Shown piece after piece: positions 62,921 to 64,000 of a stretch of DNA of 64,000 bases. The notes below the pieces were generated by a model. It worked only from the letters and a program-made list of their open reading frames with translations, was not told the DNA's origin and did no database searches. Made by a program: the position numbers and the translations under genes. Source of the stretch: Ylistrum balloti (lineage: Eukaryota); assembly GCF_031769215.1 (NCBI RefSeq), contig NW_026782065.1, forward strand, positions 62,001 through 126,000, in the 5' to 3' direction. Position 1 is the first letter of the stretch. Each line of letters begins with the position of its first letter.

Positions 62921-64000
62921 GAAAATCCCCTCACATGAAGTCGATGTGAAAATACGATAATGCATATTTACGTTAAAGTTCTGAAAGGAAATGAAATAGA
63001 AGTAGCTGTAAGTATTAAGAAGAGTAATAGTTAAAGTATTCTTTTTAAATACGATGTTGTAACTGATCAGAATATTTATAGTCAGCTCGTTAGTTGGTTA
63101 AGGCACTGGCACGTTACAAACAGTACAAATAAGAATATGCATTAAATGGGACATGTCCTACACGGATACATGGCTCAAACCCATTTGATACATATTCTCA
63201 TTTGCGAAGTACACATTCCCTTCTTGGCTGATGCAGTGGAACCACAATACGACTCGATTCGAACACCACACTTCGGAATACAAAACTCAATACACCTACT
63301 GATCCGTTTTTGGCATTTTTGATTCTACCATATACTTGCCTCATTCATGTAGTAGTAATAACACTTTCAGAGAAGAAAGATCATGCAAGTGACGCATGTG
63401 AGAAGGCTTGGGGACAATCGCAGATTTAAAAAAGCTACTTATCTTATTTTGCGTTCTAATGTGCTCCAACAAAGCCTGTTGAGGTCTGTAGAAATAGTTT
63501 GCAGGTCGGGATTGACTTATACCAGAAATGTTACATTTGTAGCAGAACTAGATTAGATTGATGTTTCTCTCCCTTTACATTTGCTTCTTAACAAGGGGAT
63601 ACCAAAACCTTGATTGCATAAATAGTTATGTCTTTTGGAGCATAGAAGATCAATCTAGAGTTCAAAGAGTCCTTGGTTCCAACCTCACCCAACTGGCTGC
63701 AGTGGATCCCGGGTTCAAACCCTTTACTGGTTGTGCATCTTACTTCTCATATTACATGTATAAAGTGCCAACTATATAAACCAGTTTGTTAGCATAAACA
63801 AACAGACAGGTCACTGACTTATTCATGCCAAAAACCAGTTCTAACCATGCCAGAACCTGTGAAAACCATGCATTGGCGAGAATGGTACATGTATTTGTGA
63901 GTGTAGGCTAGCTTAGTATTGTATATCTACAAAACACAATGCTGGTATATGAATGTGGGGCAGGTAGTCATAAAAAACACAGGACAAGTACATATGACAT

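Overview
This is AT-rich eukaryotic genomic DNA with spliced genes. The repeat families (Helentron-type HINEs with GGTCATCTGACCC hairpins, a V-domain-like SINE) suggest a bivalve mollusc; this is inference. I assembled six protein-coding genes by hand from GT/AG junctions, with phases consistent at every junction: GTF3C1 (-, first 8 coding exons, runs off the left edge), an intronless CARD-only ORF (-), SLC25A26 (-, complete, 273 aa), a 645-aa Lys-rich gene that I cannot name (+, 10 exons, head-to-head with SLC25A26), a 139-aa death-domain-only gene (+, 2 exons) and NFYB (-, C-terminus unresolved). The window also has a tRNA-Pro(UGG), a decayed CR1-like LINE, several HINEs, SINE remnants and about 15 unrelated minisatellites, which explain most long ORFs in the track. 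The most unusual observations are: (1) the Lys-rich gene is built from a triplicated two-exon module ending in an unnamed helical motif; (2) three separate minisatellites start exactly at exon/5' splice-donor junctions and form arrays of decoy donors; (3) there are two stand-alone death-fold micro-proteins; (4) a 3-kb foldback-like structure has inverted 41-bp satellite arms; (5) unidentified stop-poor pseudogene-like frames lie at 46.7-49.9 kb. No database search was run; gene names rest on recalled similarity to human proteins.
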